A stretch of 64,000 nucleotides of DNA from the IMG/VR virus record IMGVR_UViG_3300036790_000468, positions 1 through 64,000 of that record. One strand, given 5' to 3'. The notes under the pieces are model-generated. The model made no database searches and was not told the origin of the DNA. It saw nothing but the letters and a program-made list of their open reading frames with translations. Position numbers and translations under genes: made by a program. Positions 17,099 to 26,632 of the stretch are shown piece after piece; the first letter of the stretch is position 1; every line of letters starts with the position of its first letter. The stretch is from a virus.

Positions 17099-20000
17099 GG
17101 GGCGACCCCCACCGCGATGGCGAGCTCGCGGCGCAGCGATGCCGCCTGCTCGGCGTTCGGCAAGCTGCCGTAAAAGTTCTGCGTCACATTCCCCCGAGCG
17201 CCGACGCCGGCAAGGATGTCCCGCGTCTGACCGGCGGTGAAGATCTGCATGTCCTGCTTCGGCACGCCGAGTTCCGGGCCTTCCTCGCCGAACATGGCCA
17301 GCTGGCCAGCCTGCGCGATGCCGCCGCCAGCGTGCGCCTGCACGCGGCTGCCGCCCGGGGTGAGCACCGCGCCCACGGAGTTCTCGAGCACGTTGACCGT
17401 CCCGGTCGAGGAGTCGATGAACTCGAGCAACCCCTTGATCCCCTTGACGGCCTTGGTCGTATCCACGTCGATCGTGATGTCCGCGGGAAGCTTGAAGAGC
17501 TCGGCGGCGAGCTGCTGCACCGCGGTCTTGTTGAACCCGGCCTTCTGCGCCGCGGCCTCGAACGCGCGCTCCTCCTGCGCCAGCTTCGCGTTCGCGTCGT
17601 CGTACGCCTGGGACGCGCCCTTGGTGTTGATCTCGTTCTGGTAGACCGCCGCAGCCGCCTTGTCCGCGGCCGTCGCGATCCCCGTGAGCACCGTGATGTT
17701 CGCGGCGCCCTGGGTGCTGGTGACATCCAGGGACTTCCCGTTCGTCGATACCGCCGTAGTCAGCGACCCGAGCGATGTCGTGAAGGCCGCCTCCGAGCTC
17801 AGCAGGTTGTTCGTCGTCCCGGACAGGGCCGTCAGGGCGGTCGAATAGGCGCTCGCCTCACTGCTGGCCTGCGTGTACTGCTCCTCCGCGCCGATCAGCT
17901 GGTAGTTGACCTGCTGCTGCGCGGTGCTGAACCCCAGGAGCGCGACGGAGCCCTGCGCGCTGGCCTGGGCCTGGCTCACCATCGACATGTATCCGGCCTG
18001 CAGCGTGTGGGTCATCGCGTCCACCTGCGCACGCGCGTCCACCACGGCCATCGTGTAGTAGCTCGTCGCCTGGTTGGTCACGTCGGTGGCCTGCGCTTGG
18101 AGCTGCATGTTGACCCCGGCTGCACCGACCGCCGCGCTTACGTACTGCGCGGTGGCCGCCGCCGCCAGCAGCCGGTCGCCGTATTCGACGGTCGCTTGGT
18201 TGCTCATCTGCGTCTGCTCGGTCTGGAGCAGCATCTGCGAGCCGAGGGCGGCGACGGACGCGTCATAGATCTGCGTGGACTGCTCCGCGGCCAGCAGGGC
18301 GTCTGACTGCGCCTGGTCCTGCCCGATCGCCTGTGCTACGGAGGAGGCGATCGCGTCGAGAGCGGCTTTCTGCTGCTCGAGCTGGTTGACCTGGATGTCT
18401 GTGCCGCGCCCGGCTTCGGGCCCCGACTTCGCCGCGCTCTGCATCGCCGCAAGCTTCGCGGTGTATGCGGCCGTGACCTGCTGCTGTACCTGCGCTTCAC
18501 CCGAGGCGTACTCGATCAGCTGTGCCTGGGAGAGCCCGAGCGTCTTGGAGATGTCAGCGAGGTTCGTCTTGGCGAGCGTCGACTGGATCGTGGCCGCCGT
18601 GTTGTCGCCGACCGAGTTCGAGTCCTGCGAGACGGCGGAGGTGAAATCAGCGGCCGAGACGGCGCTGCTGGAGAACATGCCCCCCAGCATCGGCAGGACA
18701 CTCATTAAGCCGAACGCGGCCATCCCCAACGGCCCGTACATGACCTCCGCAAGGCCACCCATCGAGCCACCCATCGACTCCGCCCCCTTCGCCGCGACGC
18801 CCTCAGCCTCGGACACGCCGTTCACCGCAGCACGCGCGGCATTCGCGTTGGCCAGCAGGGAGGTGAACTCCTCCTCGGAGTAGCCGCCCATCGGCGCCGG
18901 CGTCATGGTCTGCGGGACGAAGTCGAGATACCGGATGGAGGTGTTGAACGCGATCGCCTCGGCCTGCAGCGAGTCCATCTCGGTGCGGGCCCGGAAGTAC
19001 ATCAGGTCCAGCGCGGCCTGCTGCTCGTCGGTGAGGGCCGTGGTCGCCTCGAGCTGTGCCTGGATCGCGGAGTAGACGGAGATGAACGCCGCGGTCCCCG
19101 ATTCGGAGGCGAGCTGCACCTGCTCGAGCCACTCGCTCAGGGCGACGCCCGACATGGACGTGAACTCGTCGATGCCGCGCTGCAGGAACGCCTCGTCCGC
19201 GTCGAACGCCGCGGCGATCTCCTCGGCCTCCTGCGCGGCGATCGCGTCCACCGCAGCCTTCGCGCGGGCCGCGGGGTCCATGATGACCCCGGCCGTAGAC
19301 AGTCCCGCCTCGAGCAGGTCCACCCCGGCCAGGGCCGCATTCCCGAACCCGCGGCCCCACGCGGCACCGGCCTCGGTCCCGGCCTCCTGCGCAGGACCCT
19401 GCGTCGCCGCAGCGAGGTCCGCACCCACCGCTGCCGCACCCTCGGTGGCCGTCGCCGCCATGCCGGCGTTCAGCGCGTCCCCCGCGGCCATCCCCGCCTG
19501 GGTCATCGTCGTCTCGAGAGACGCCTGAACCGCGTCGCCGACCTTCTGCGCGAGGCCGTCCGCGCCCGTCGCGGCCGACTCCCCGATACCCATCGTCAGC
19601 GCGTCCCCCGCGGCCGCGCCGGCTTGTACGAGCGCATCCCCGAGAGAGGCCTCGATCCCCGCGGCCACCTTCACCGCAGTGCGTGCCCCGGCTCCGGCGG
19701 CACTGCTCGCGATCCCCGCGGCGAGAGCGTCCCCGGCCTCGACTCCGGCCTCCAGCGCCGCGTCCCCGACCTTGGCGCCCAGGGCGCGCCCGAGGAGGGA
19801 GCCGAGCAGGCCGGTGGCGCCCGCGGCGTACGCCCCGGCCGCCGCGATCCCACCACGCTCGGCGCTGGCGAACGCGCTGGCGAACGAGTCGCCCGCCTCG
19901 TGGCCCATCTGCCCGGCGAGCGCGTCAATCTGCCCGGCGCCCGAGGCGAGCGCCGACTGCAGCTGCCCGAGGAGCTGCTCGCCCGCGCCCGCGTCGCCTT

Positions 20001-20334
20001 CCCCGAGGCCCTCGCCGAAGGCGCCGGCCAGCTCGGAGCCGGTGGCCGCGATCCGTCCGGCGCTCTCATCGAGAGAGGTGAGCAGGCCGTCCGCGAGCTC
20101 GGCCCCCGCGGCGTCGCCCGCGCCGGAGACAGCCTCGATCAGGCCCGCGCCGATGTCGTCGCCGCCGCGCGATGCCGCGGAGGCGAGCTGCTGCACAAGG
20201 ACGTCGCCCCCCGCGGCGCCGGCCGCGGAGCACGCGGACTGGAGGATCTCGACCAGCTGATCCTCGATACCTGCCTCGTCGACACCGAGGGCGACGTACG
20301 CTGTCGCCACGCGGAACCCGGATTCACCCGGCAT
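17095..20334 (-). CDS. Tape measure protein
   Basis: 1079 aa, Ala/Gly-rich helical; C-terminal HAGGG...GEEGPE. Confidence 0.9.
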   Translation of the reverse strand: MPGESGFRVATAYVALGVDEAGIEDQLVEILQSACSAAGAAGGDVLVQQLASAASRGGDDIGAGLIEAVSGAGDAAGAELADGLLTSLDESAGRIAATGSELAGAFGEGLGEGDAGAGEQLLGQLQSALASGAGQIDALAGQMGHEAGDSFASAFASAERGGIAAAGAYAAGATGLLGSLLGRALGAKVGDAALEAGVEAGDALAAGIASSAAGAGARTAVKVAAGIEASLGDALVQAGAAAGDALTMGIGESAATGADGLAQKVGDAVQASLETTMTQAGMAAGDALNAGMAATATEGAAAVGADLAAATQGPAQEAGTEAGAAWGRGFGNAALAGVDLLEAGLSTAGVIMDPAARAKAAVDAIAAQEAEEIAAAFDADEAFLQRGIDEFTSMSGVALSEWLEQVQLASESGTAAFISVYSAIQAQLEATTALTDEQQAALDLMYFRARTEMDSLQAEAIAFNTSIRYLDFVPQTMTPAPMGGYSEEEFTSLLANANAARAAVNGVSEAEGVAAKGAESMGGSMGGLAEVMYGPLGMAAFGLMSVLPMLGGMFSSSAVSAADFTSAVSQDSNSVGDNTAATIQSTLAKTNLADISKTLGLSQAQLIEYASGEAQVQQQVTAAYTAKLAAMQSAAKSGPEAGRGTDIQVNQLEQQKAALDAIASSVAQAIGQDQAQSDALLAAEQSTQIYDASVAALGSQMLLQTEQTQMSNQATVEYGDRLLAAAATAQYVSAAVGAAGVNMQLQAQATDVTNQATSYYTMAVVDARAQVDAMTHTLQAGYMSMVSQAQASAQGSVALLGFSTAQQQVNYQLIGAEEQYTQASSEASAYSTALTALSGTTNNLLSSEAAFTTSLGSLTTAVSTNGKSLDVTSTQGAANITVLTGIATAADKAAAAVYQNEINTKGASQAYDDANAKLAQEERAFEAAAQKAGFNKTAVQQLAAELFKLPADITIDVDTTKAVKGIKGLLEFIDSSTGTVNVLENSVGAVLTPGGSRVQAHAGGGIAQAGQLAMFGEEGPELGVPKQDMQIFTAGQTRDILAGVGARGNVTQNFYGSLPNAEQAASLRRELAIAVGVAP

Positions 20335-20346
20335 GCTCTCCTCCTC

Positions 20347-20640
20347 TCAGCAGGACAGGACGTCGTTCAGGGCGCTGCCCCGGACCGCGTCGCGCGTGGC
20401 GGGGATCCAGTCGATGCCGTCGCCCGCGCGCCCTGGGGCCCCGCGGTGCCGCGCTTCCCGGGCGATCGCGCTCTGGACGCAGCCTGGGTAGTGCGAGAGG
20501 CGCCGGGCGAGACGGAAGATCCGGTCCGCGGGCTCGGTGTGCATGTCGTCGATGCGGTGGATGGCGGACAGATCGGACTCAATGTCTGCTTCGTGGGCGG
20601 CCACCCACAGGATCTGGGCGAGCCGCCGCGTCAGTTTCCC
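20347..20640 (-). CDS. Tail assembly chaperone, -1 frameshift extension (gpT-like)
   Basis: The -1 frame KLTRRLAQILWVAAHEADIESDL opens at the slippery GGGAAAC. Confidence 0.75.
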   Translation of the reverse strand, partial: GKLTRRLAQILWVAAHEADIESDLSAIHRIDDMHTEPADRIFRLARRLSHYPGCVQSAIAREARHRGAPGRAGDGIDWIPATRDAVRGSALNDVLSC

Positions 20641-20969
20641 TCCGGCTCCGGGGCGCCGAGCGCGTGGTTGACGGCGTTGCCGACGGCTTCGCGCCACTCC
20701 TCGCGCGTCTTCACGGCGGCGAGAAGGGTGTCGAGTCCGTCGGCGCCGAGGAGGCGCTCGAGCAGCTCGAACTCGGCCTCAACGATCTTCTTGCCGGCCT
20801 TGACGATGCGCAGGTAGGCGAGGGCGGCGCCGAAGTCGGAGCCGGCAGTCGTCGTCCAGGCGCGGCCCTCCTTCTCGAACAGGACGTGCGCGGCCGGGAC
20901 GGCGTCCTGCGGCTCCGGTGCCGGCTTCGGCTTCGCCGAGTTGCTCTTGCGGGCGGTGACTGTGGCCAT
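20631..20969 (-). CDS. Tail assembly chaperone (gpG-like)
   Basis: Lies between major tail and TMP; ends PEGN at the slippery site. Confidence 0.8.
   Translation of the reverse strand: MATVTARKSNSAKPKPAPEPQDAVPAAHVLFEKEGRAWTTTAGSDFGAALAYLRIVKAGKKIVEAEFELLERLLGADGLDTLLAAVKTREEWREAVGNAVNHALGAPEPEGN
20634..20640 (-). other. Programmed -1 frameshift site GGGAAAC
   Basis: XXXYYYZ heptamer immediately before the TAC stop codon. Confidence 0.8.
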
Positions 20970-20987
20970 GGCTGGCTGGCCCCTTCC

Positions 20988-21569
20988 TTACGCGGTCTGG
21001 TCGACCCAGTGCACCGGGGACTGGGTCGGGGAGACCCAGTAGGCGGTGAACGTGGTCGAGTAGGTCTTCTGGTTCTTGTTGTCGAACTTGACCTGCGCCT
21101 TGGCGGTGGACAGGGCCTTGAACACGTTGATGCGCTCCCGGGCCGGCGCGCCGGTGGCGAGGGTCGGCGCCCAACCGTCGAAAACCAACGACACGTAGGT
21201 CGGCTGGAAGGAGGAGACCGTGGTGACGAGGTCGCCGGTGGTGTAGCTGGCGTTCGTGCCGATCGTGAGCAGCCCGTTGAGGACCACGCCGAGGTTGGCG
21301 AGGGTGGTCTCGGCCAGCTCCGTCTGGATCTGGACTTTCCGGGCGGTCATCCGGCCGCCGATGGGGTCGGGGATCTGGTCGACGGTGATGTCCTGGATGG
21401 TCTGGTCGACCATCAGGGTCACGCCGCCCTTGGTACCCCCGACGTCGGTGAAGCCGGAGGGGGCGCCCGCGGCGACGGTGGCCGCGGAGTCCGCCGGGTA
21501 GGTGGTGCCGTACGGGGCGTAGTACAGCGACCCGGGGCCCATCAGGACATTGACTGCGGTGACGGTCAC
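20988..21569 (-). CDS. Major tail (tube) protein
   Basis: NVLMGPGSLY, TDVGGTKGGV, VDQ and LAETTLANL motifs. Confidence 0.85.
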   Translation of the reverse strand: MTVTAVNVLMGPGSLYYAPYGTTYPADSAATVAAGAPSGFTDVGGTKGGVTLMVDQTIQDITVDQIPDPIGGRMTARKVQIQTELAETTLANLGVVLNGLLTIGTNASYTTGDLVTTVSSFQPTYVSLVFDGWAPTLATGAPARERINVFKALSTAKAQVKFDNKNQKTYSTTFTAYWVSPTQSPVHWVDQTA

Positions 21570-21570
21570 G

Positions 21571-21930
21571 TCAGCTCACCCCGGGGATCTGCAGCAGTGC
21601 GACCTGCGCCGTGGTCACGACGGAGAAGTCGACCCATACGGCGTTGATGCCGGTGGAGGGCTCGTCGTAGGGGGATGGGAACGGGCCGATGCAGTAGATC
21701 GTCGATGCGGAGAGCGACACGGTGGGCGCCGTGACGGCCTGGCCGAGCACGAGCGACCCGATGTTCAGGGTGAGCACCGTCGCGGACGCGCCGACCGAGA
21801 CGTAGAGGATTTCCCGGCCGGTGTTCGACCACGACACCCCCGTGAAGCCGGTCATGGCCTGCAGCGCCGGGGTGACGCCCGCGACCGAAAGCGGCTGGAT
21901 CGACGGCTGGAGGTTGAGGCGGTTGGTCAT
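21571..21930 (-). CDS. Virion-associated hypothetical protein
   Basis: Beta-rich, with NTGRE and IGPF motifs. Confidence 0.6.
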   Translation of the reverse strand: MTNRLNLQPSIQPLSVAGVTPALQAMTGFTGVSWSNTGREILYVSVGASATVLTLNIGSLVLGQAVTAPTVSLSASTIYCIGPFPSPYDEPSTGINAVWVDFSVVTTAQVALLQIPGVS

Positions 21931-22155
21931 CTACTTGCCCTTCTTCTTCGATCCGGTGTGGTGGAAGCCCTTCGCGTTGATCGCGAACTGGGCTTTCTTG
22001 CGCAGCCCGGGATCCTTGGACTTGGCCGCGGCGGCGAGCTTCGCGGCCGGGATGGGCTCGCCCTGCGGCACGCCGAGCGCGGTGTGCAGGGACCCCTCCT
22101 TCAACTTCGCGATCTTGATCGGCTTCTGGGCGGCCGACTTCTTACTTGCCGCCAT
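21931..22155 (-). CDS. Small Lys-rich basic protein
   Basis: KEGSLHTALGVPQGEPIPAAKL...RKKAQFA. Confidence 0.65.
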   Translation of the reverse strand: MAASKKSAAQKPIKIAKLKEGSLHTALGVPQGEPIPAAKLAAAAKSKDPGLRKKAQFAINAKGFHHTGSKKKGK

Positions 22156-22339
22156 CGGGAACCGCCTCCTTCGACCCCGGCGCGACCACCACCGCGGGAG
22201 CCGGGGCCGGCGCGGTGGGCGCCGGGCCGTCCCACGCCTTCGGGTCGAGGAGGAGCCCTTCGCGCTCGAGCTGCGCGGCCTCCTGCTCGCCGACGTCCTG
22301 AAGCGTGTCGGGCTGGAAAACGGTGCGAACTTGGGGCAT
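22142..22339 (-). CDS. Small hypothetical protein
   Basis: TGATG coupling to the upstream gene. Confidence 0.55.
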   Translation of the reverse strand: MPQVRTVFQPDTLQDVGEQEAAQLEREGLLLDPKAWDGPAPTAPAPAPAVVVAPGSKEAVPDGGK

Positions 22340-22839
22340 CAGGAGGCCTCCGGGATCCACGAGAACTGCATGTCGAAGGAGAAGTGCGCGTAGCTGGCGA
22401 TGTCGCCGAGGATCTCCCGGGGCTCTGTGAGCAGCACCGCGGCCTGCACCGAGGCGTGCGCGTAGCCCGCGGTCGGCATCGCCACCTGCCGCGCGGCCCC
22501 CGTGTACTGGACGGTGCGCGCCGCGGCCTTGATCTGCTCGGCAAGCTGCGCGGTGCGCGCCCACGGCGGCTTGTTCGAGACGTTCGGCGCGCCCCCCGCC
22601 ACCGGCAGCGTCAGGTTCACGCCCCAGCAGTGGATCGAGAGGACCGGATTGTTCAGCGGCACATACGAGTCGGGCGTCCCACCGACCACGGGACCGACCT
22701 CGACGAACCCGGTCTGGTACCACTTCGTCGGGTCCTGCGGCAGCGCCGTGCCGACCATCGCCGCGGTGAAGCCCGGGACGGCCGCGGACAGCCAGCCGCA
22801 GGCAACCAGGCGCGCGGTGGGCAGCAGGAGCGTCGTCAC
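22339..22839 (-). CDS. Tail terminator / completion protein
   Basis: Position, plus VGGTPD...PVLSIHCW and NKPPW motifs. Confidence 0.7.
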   Translation of the reverse strand: MTTLLLPTARLVACGWLSAAVPGFTAAMVGTALPQDPTKWYQTGFVEVGPVVGGTPDSYVPLNNPVLSIHCWGVNLTLPVAGGAPNVSNKPPWARTAQLAEQIKAAARTVQYTGAARQVAMPTAGYAHASVQAAVLLTEPREILGDIASYAHFSFDMQFSWIPEAS

Positions 22840-23087
22840 TTCGCCCCCGCCTGGATGTCGTCGGCGCTCGGGTGCTCGTCCGGGTGATGCTTGCGGCATA
22901 CGGTGAACGCCGTGCCCTGCACCGGGTGGCGCCCCAGGCGCGGGCAGCGGCGCACGTGGCAGTTGTGGCGGCGCAACACCACCAGCGGCACAGCGAGGAT
23001 CGAGGCGTCACCGCCGATGCCGGACCAGAAGCCGTATACGGGCCCGGACAGGTTGTCGAGGCCGAGGAGGTGCGCGAGGGCGTTCAT
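22836..23087 (-). CDS. Small membrane protein with Cys/His cluster
   Basis: YGFWSGIG..TM..HNCHVRRCPRLGRH...CRKHHP; TGATG coupling. Confidence 0.6.
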   Translation of the reverse strand: MNALAHLLGLDNLSGPVYGFWSGIGGDASILAVPLVVLRRHNCHVRRCPRLGRHPVQGTAFTVCRKHHPDEHPSADDIQAGAK

Positions 23088-23467
23088 CAGCGCTCCCGGT
23101 AGAGCGCGGGGCGCATGTACGACTGCTCCGGCGTGTTGCCGTGGCGAGCGTGGGCGTCTACGACGCGCCCGGTGTGCGTCTCGTACTCCCGGACCCACTC
23201 TTCGCCGTGGAACCCGAGCTCGGTCGCGGCGGCGTAGGGGACGGGGCCGTCGTCGTCGGGGAAGGAGCCGATCTGCAGCTCCGGGCCGTCGCCGGTCTCG
23301 AGGACCTGGTAGGCCTCGGAGTCGCGCAGGCGACCGGTCTGGACGGGGGTGGCGGCTTGCATGTCGGCGAGGATCGCGGGGCCGAACTGCTCCTCGAGCA
23401 TGACGGCCTCGGCAGCGCGCAGCTGCTCGAGCCAGTCGGGCTCCATGACGACGGATACGCCGGCCAT
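23087..23467 (-). CDS. HK97 gp10-like tail component
   Basis: TPVQTGRLRDS, YAAATELG and YMRPAL motifs. Confidence 0.8.
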   Translation of the reverse strand: MAGVSVVMEPDWLEQLRAAEAVMLEEQFGPAILADMQAATPVQTGRLRDSEAYQVLETGDGPELQIGSFPDDDGPVPYAAATELGFHGEEWVREYETHTGRVVDAHARHGNTPEQSYMRPALYRER

Positions 23468-23570
23468 TGCCTCGCCGCCCCTCTCCGGGCACGGTCACGG
23501 GGGTCGGCTTTCCGCCCGTTTCCGGGGCGGTGGCTGGCGCCGATTGGTACGGGATCAGTGTAGGGGTGGA

Positions 23571-23586
23571 TCGAACGTTTGTGCGA
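23571..23586. promoter_or_regulatory. LexA box upstream of the tail operon
   Basis: TCGAAC-GTTT-GTGCGA (1 mismatch); minus-strand TACACT 8 nt downstream. Confidence 0.65.
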
Positions 23587-23596
23587 GTGTGCGAGC

Positions 23597-24013
23597 CTAG
23601 GCGATCGGGACGCCGACTCCCGGGCCCGCGACGGAGTTCTGCGGCGCGGAGAGCACGACCGGCCCGGTACCGCCCGGGGCGACGAACGTGATCGAGTACG
23701 GGGCGATCTGGTGCCCCGTCGAGTCGTACAGCAGCACCGCGGCCACGTACTGGAGGCCCGCGATCCCCGCGAGCGCCGGGCAGTCCGTCGCGATCACGCT
23801 GGTGCTGATCGAGCCCGTGTCGTCGAGCGGCACGACCTGGCGCTGCGGCATCACCGCGGTGTTGGTCGCGAAGTCGCTGTAGCGCAGCGGGATCAGCGGC
23901 GTGATGACCACGCGGGAGACGAGCCCGGAGTTGACCGGCGGGTAGGCCGCCTGCAGGGTGGCGTCGAGCCACGTGCCGATGACGGCGACAGAGGTCAGAT
24001 CGGTGACGGCCAT
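23597..24013 (-). CDS. Hypothetical virion protein
   Basis: LDDTGSISTSVIATD resembles fibre N-terminal domains. Confidence 0.6.
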   Translation of the reverse strand: MAVTDLTSVAVIGTWLDATLQAAYPPVNSGLVSRVVITPLIPLRYSDFATNTAVMPQRQVVPLDDTGSISTSVIATDCPALAGIAGLQYVAAVLLYDSTGHQIAPYSITFVAPGGTGPVVLSAPQNSVAGPGVGVPIA

Positions 24014-24789
24014 CAGTCCAGAACCCAACTGTTCGTGGTGGGGGCGACGGTACAGTCGACCTCGATCCAACCGCCCGGGGGCACGCGCCAGGAGGAGAGC
24101 GGCAGCGCACCGGCAGACTGGGTGTAGACGCTGGTCATCGCCGGTGCGCTCGAGCCGCCCATGTAGGCGCCCTGCTTCACCGCGGTGACGGTGCCCCCGG
24201 CGAGCGTGACCGTGGCCCATCTCCAGTGCGGGTTCTGCACCGGTGTCGTCCCCGTGGGCAACGCGGCAGCGGTGACGGGCCCCGGCTTCTGCTGGCCGTC
24301 GATGACCTCGAGTCCCGTCGTCGGGATCGAGATGCTCGCCGCCGTGTACAGGCCGGTGAACTTGATGCGGCCCAGCAGGCACTGCATGCCGCCGTTGCCG
24401 TCGTCGCGCGCCGTGGGCGCCGCGCTCTCCGTGTCCATCTGGGGGATGTCGACCATGGGGCCGATTCCGGCCGCGGCGGGGGTGGGCGGGGTGACGAGCA
24501 GCTCGATCAGCGAGTAGGGGCCGCCGCTCGCCGGGACGACGATGTTGCTGACCGCGTTGCCCTCGAGGACCTGGTAGTACGTGTTCGCCGGGGTGATCTC
24601 GCTGTTGCCGGTGAGGGTCGCGGACCAGGCGCCGTCCTGGGCGGTGGTCACGGAGGTGGCGGAGATGATGTCCGCGTCGGCGAGGTATCCGGGCACGCCC
24701 GGGGTGCCGGTCATGAGGGTGATGCGGACGGCGATGTTCGCCAGGGCGTTGCTGCCCGCGTCGGTCGCCGCGCTCTGGACGATCGGCAC
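24013..24789 (-). CDS. Hypothetical virion (fibre/decoration-like) protein
   Basis: DGAWSATLTGNSEITPANTYY; RBS GGAGGTG. Confidence 0.6.
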   Translation of the reverse strand: MPIVQSAATDAGSNALANIAVRITLMTGTPGVPGYLADADIISATSVTTAQDGAWSATLTGNSEITPANTYYQVLEGNAVSNIVVPASGGPYSLIELLVTPPTPAAAGIGPMVDIPQMDTESAAPTARDDGNGGMQCLLGRIKFTGLYTAASISIPTTGLEVIDGQQKPGPVTAAALPTGTTPVQNPHWRWATVTLAGGTVTAVKQGAYMGGSSAPAMTSVYTQSAGALPLSSWRVPPGGWIEVDCTVAPTTNSWVLD

Positions 24790-24854
24790 CGCTCACCTCC
24801 GGTCGAAGGGTGGCCGCCCCCACCGAGGGGGTTACGGAGGCGGCCGGTCTCGGG

Positions 24855-25247
24855 TCAGGCGCTGGCGGGGGTCTCAGACGCCGTGGTGGTGGAAGAGGTG
24901 TCGGAGCTCGGCGCCGAGCCCTGAGTGGTGCTCGGCGCCACCGTGGGGTCCGGCGTCGGCACCGCGGCCGGGTCGGCCGGCGCGGCCGGGGACACGACCG
25001 GCGTCGGCTGGCCGGTCGCCGGGTCCGGCAGGCCGAACGCGGCCCGCAGCTTCGCCAGGTGCGACTCGCCCCACGAGATCATCGCCGTGGCGACCTCGTC
25101 GATGTGCTGGTGCGCGGCCGCGGTGATGCCGGGCAGCGCGGTGCGGAACGCGTCGAGGTCCGCCGAGGCCTCGTCGTGGACCTCCTGCGCCGCAGCGGCC
25201 AGGTCCTTGGTCACGGTGCCCGCCAGGGCGCCGAAGTCGATCGACAT
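24855..25247 (-). CDS. Hypothetical protein
   Basis: RBS GGAGG; helical N-terminus and Pro/Thr-rich tail. Confidence 0.6.
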   Translation of the reverse strand: MSIDFGALAGTVTKDLAAAAQEVHDEASADLDAFRTALPGITAAAHQHIDEVATAMISWGESHLAKLRAAFGLPDPATGQPTPVVSPAAPADPAAVPTPDPTVAPSTTQGSAPSSDTSSTTTASETPASA

Positions 25248-25276
25248 GTGTCCTCCAGGGACGTCGTGGATTCGTT

Positions 25277-26293
25277 TCATCGTACGCGTGTTCGAACGGT
25301 GTGCGAGGGAACGGTGCGGGTCTCGAACTTCCTTCGGCCGACGGCACGCTCGGCGTACGCCTGCACCGATTTCGGCAGCTGCCCGGCGCGCCCGTCGCGC
25401 AGGATCCGCTCCGCCGCGCGCAGCCGTGCAGCCTGCGACTCGGAGGGCAGCGAGAATCCTCGGGCGATCGAGCGCAGCGCCTCGTGCTTGAGCCGCTCGG
25501 GCCACGACATCCCCCCGACTGCGGAGCCGTTCCACACCTGCGCGATGCACCGGCAGTGCGGGTGGCGCGGCGGCCCGATCAGCGGCATCCCCGGCGGCCA
25601 CACGCTGGGGGGCGTCGTGGCGCCGAACGTCGCGAACTCGTCGAACGACTCACCCTTCATCGGGTCGACCACATCGCCCGAGAGCGCGAGGCACACCACG
25701 CATGCGTCGCGCTCGGGGACCCACACGAGCTTCTGGCCGGTGGCCTGCGCGATACGGGCCGCGGCCCGGTTGCCGGCGTCGTTGACGGCCCACTCGGCGC
25801 CGGTGGCGACGGAGCCGATCGCCTGCTGCGCGACGTTCAACGCGGTCGCGGCCGCCGTGAGGTCGCTGGAGCGCTGAAGCATCTTCGCCGACCGGTCGAC
25901 CTTCACGCGCGCGGACGCCGTCGCCGAACGCACCGCCTGCGTAACCTCGCGCGGCGCGGCGGCGACCGGGACGAACGGGTTGCCGGGCCCGAGGGTGAAG
26001 ACGGCGGTGGCGTCCATCGCGGCCCGCGCCTGGGCGAGGATCGGGGGCAGCAGCTCCCGCTCGGAGAGCAGCGGCAGCATCTCGGCCTCGAGCTGTATGG
26101 CGAGCTGCTTGGCGGCCGCGGCCTTCGCCTGGTCGCTGCGGGCCATCAGGAGCCGGCCGGTGACCTCCCGCTGGAGCTGCGCGAGGGCGATGACGAGGCG
26201 GAGGGTCGCGGCGCGCACCGCGGCCTGCTCGATCGCGAGCAGGACCTGCGCGTGCCGGTCGGTCGCGTCCCGCTGGTCCTGCGCGGTGGCCAT
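25277..26293 (-). CDS. MuF/SPP1 gp7-like minor capsid (head morphogenesis) protein
   Basis: WVPERDACVVCLALSG...PPRHPHCRC. Confidence 0.8.
   Translation of the reverse strand: MATAQDQRDATDRHAQVLLAIEQAAVRAATLRLVIALAQLQREVTGRLLMARSDQAKAAAAKQLAIQLEAEMLPLLSERELLPPILAQARAAMDATAVFTLGPGNPFVPVAAAPREVTQAVRSATASARVKVDRSAKMLQRSSDLTAAATALNVAQQAIGSVATGAEWAVNDAGNRAAARIAQATGQKLVWVPERDACVVCLALSGDVVDPMKGESFDEFATFGATTPPSVWPPGMPLIGPPRHPHCRCIAQVWNGSAVGGMSWPERLKHEALRSIARGFSLPSESQAARLRAAERILRDGRAGQLPKSVQAYAERAVGRRKFETRTVPSHTVRTRVR
25280..25295. promoter_or_regulatory. LexA box
   Basis: TCGTAC-GCGT-GTTCGA (1 mismatch), 33 bp upstream of ATG 25247. Confidence 0.6.
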
Positions 26294-26628
26294 CAGGTGC
26301 CGTCGGTGCGGAACATCGCGACCTGCACGTCCGCCGGCAGCCCGTAGGACGGCAGTGTCCGCACGGAGGTGACGGTGTAGGACTCGAGGGTCTGCTGGTC
26401 GGTGATGACGTCCTGGTTCTGGACGTCCGTGCCGAACGGCAGGATGCACTCGTAGTTCGAGGCCTGGACGGGCCGGCCGCTGGAGGGGTCGAGGGACACG
26501 CCGGTGCTGTAGACGATGATCGCGGGGACGTCGGTGTAGAGCGGCGTCGGGGTGTCGATCGGGTCGCCGTACTCGTCGGCGCTGGTGCCGCGGCTGATGG
26601 TGACCGCCGTCGTCGGGGGCATCAGCAT
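26293..26628 (-). CDS. Head-to-tail stopper
   Basis: TVTISRG..DEYGD motif and position. Confidence 0.7.
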   Translation of the reverse strand: MLMPPTTAVTISRGTSADEYGDPIDTPTPLYTDVPAIIVYSTGVSLDPSSGRPVQASNYECILPFGTDVQNQDVITDQQTLESYTVTSVRTLPSYGLPADVQVAMFRTDGT

Positions 26629-26632
26629 CCGC

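Noticed and set aside
25292-25306. Second overlapping SOS-like site TCGAAC-GGT-GTGCGA
   Set aside because: The spacer is 3 nt rather than 4.
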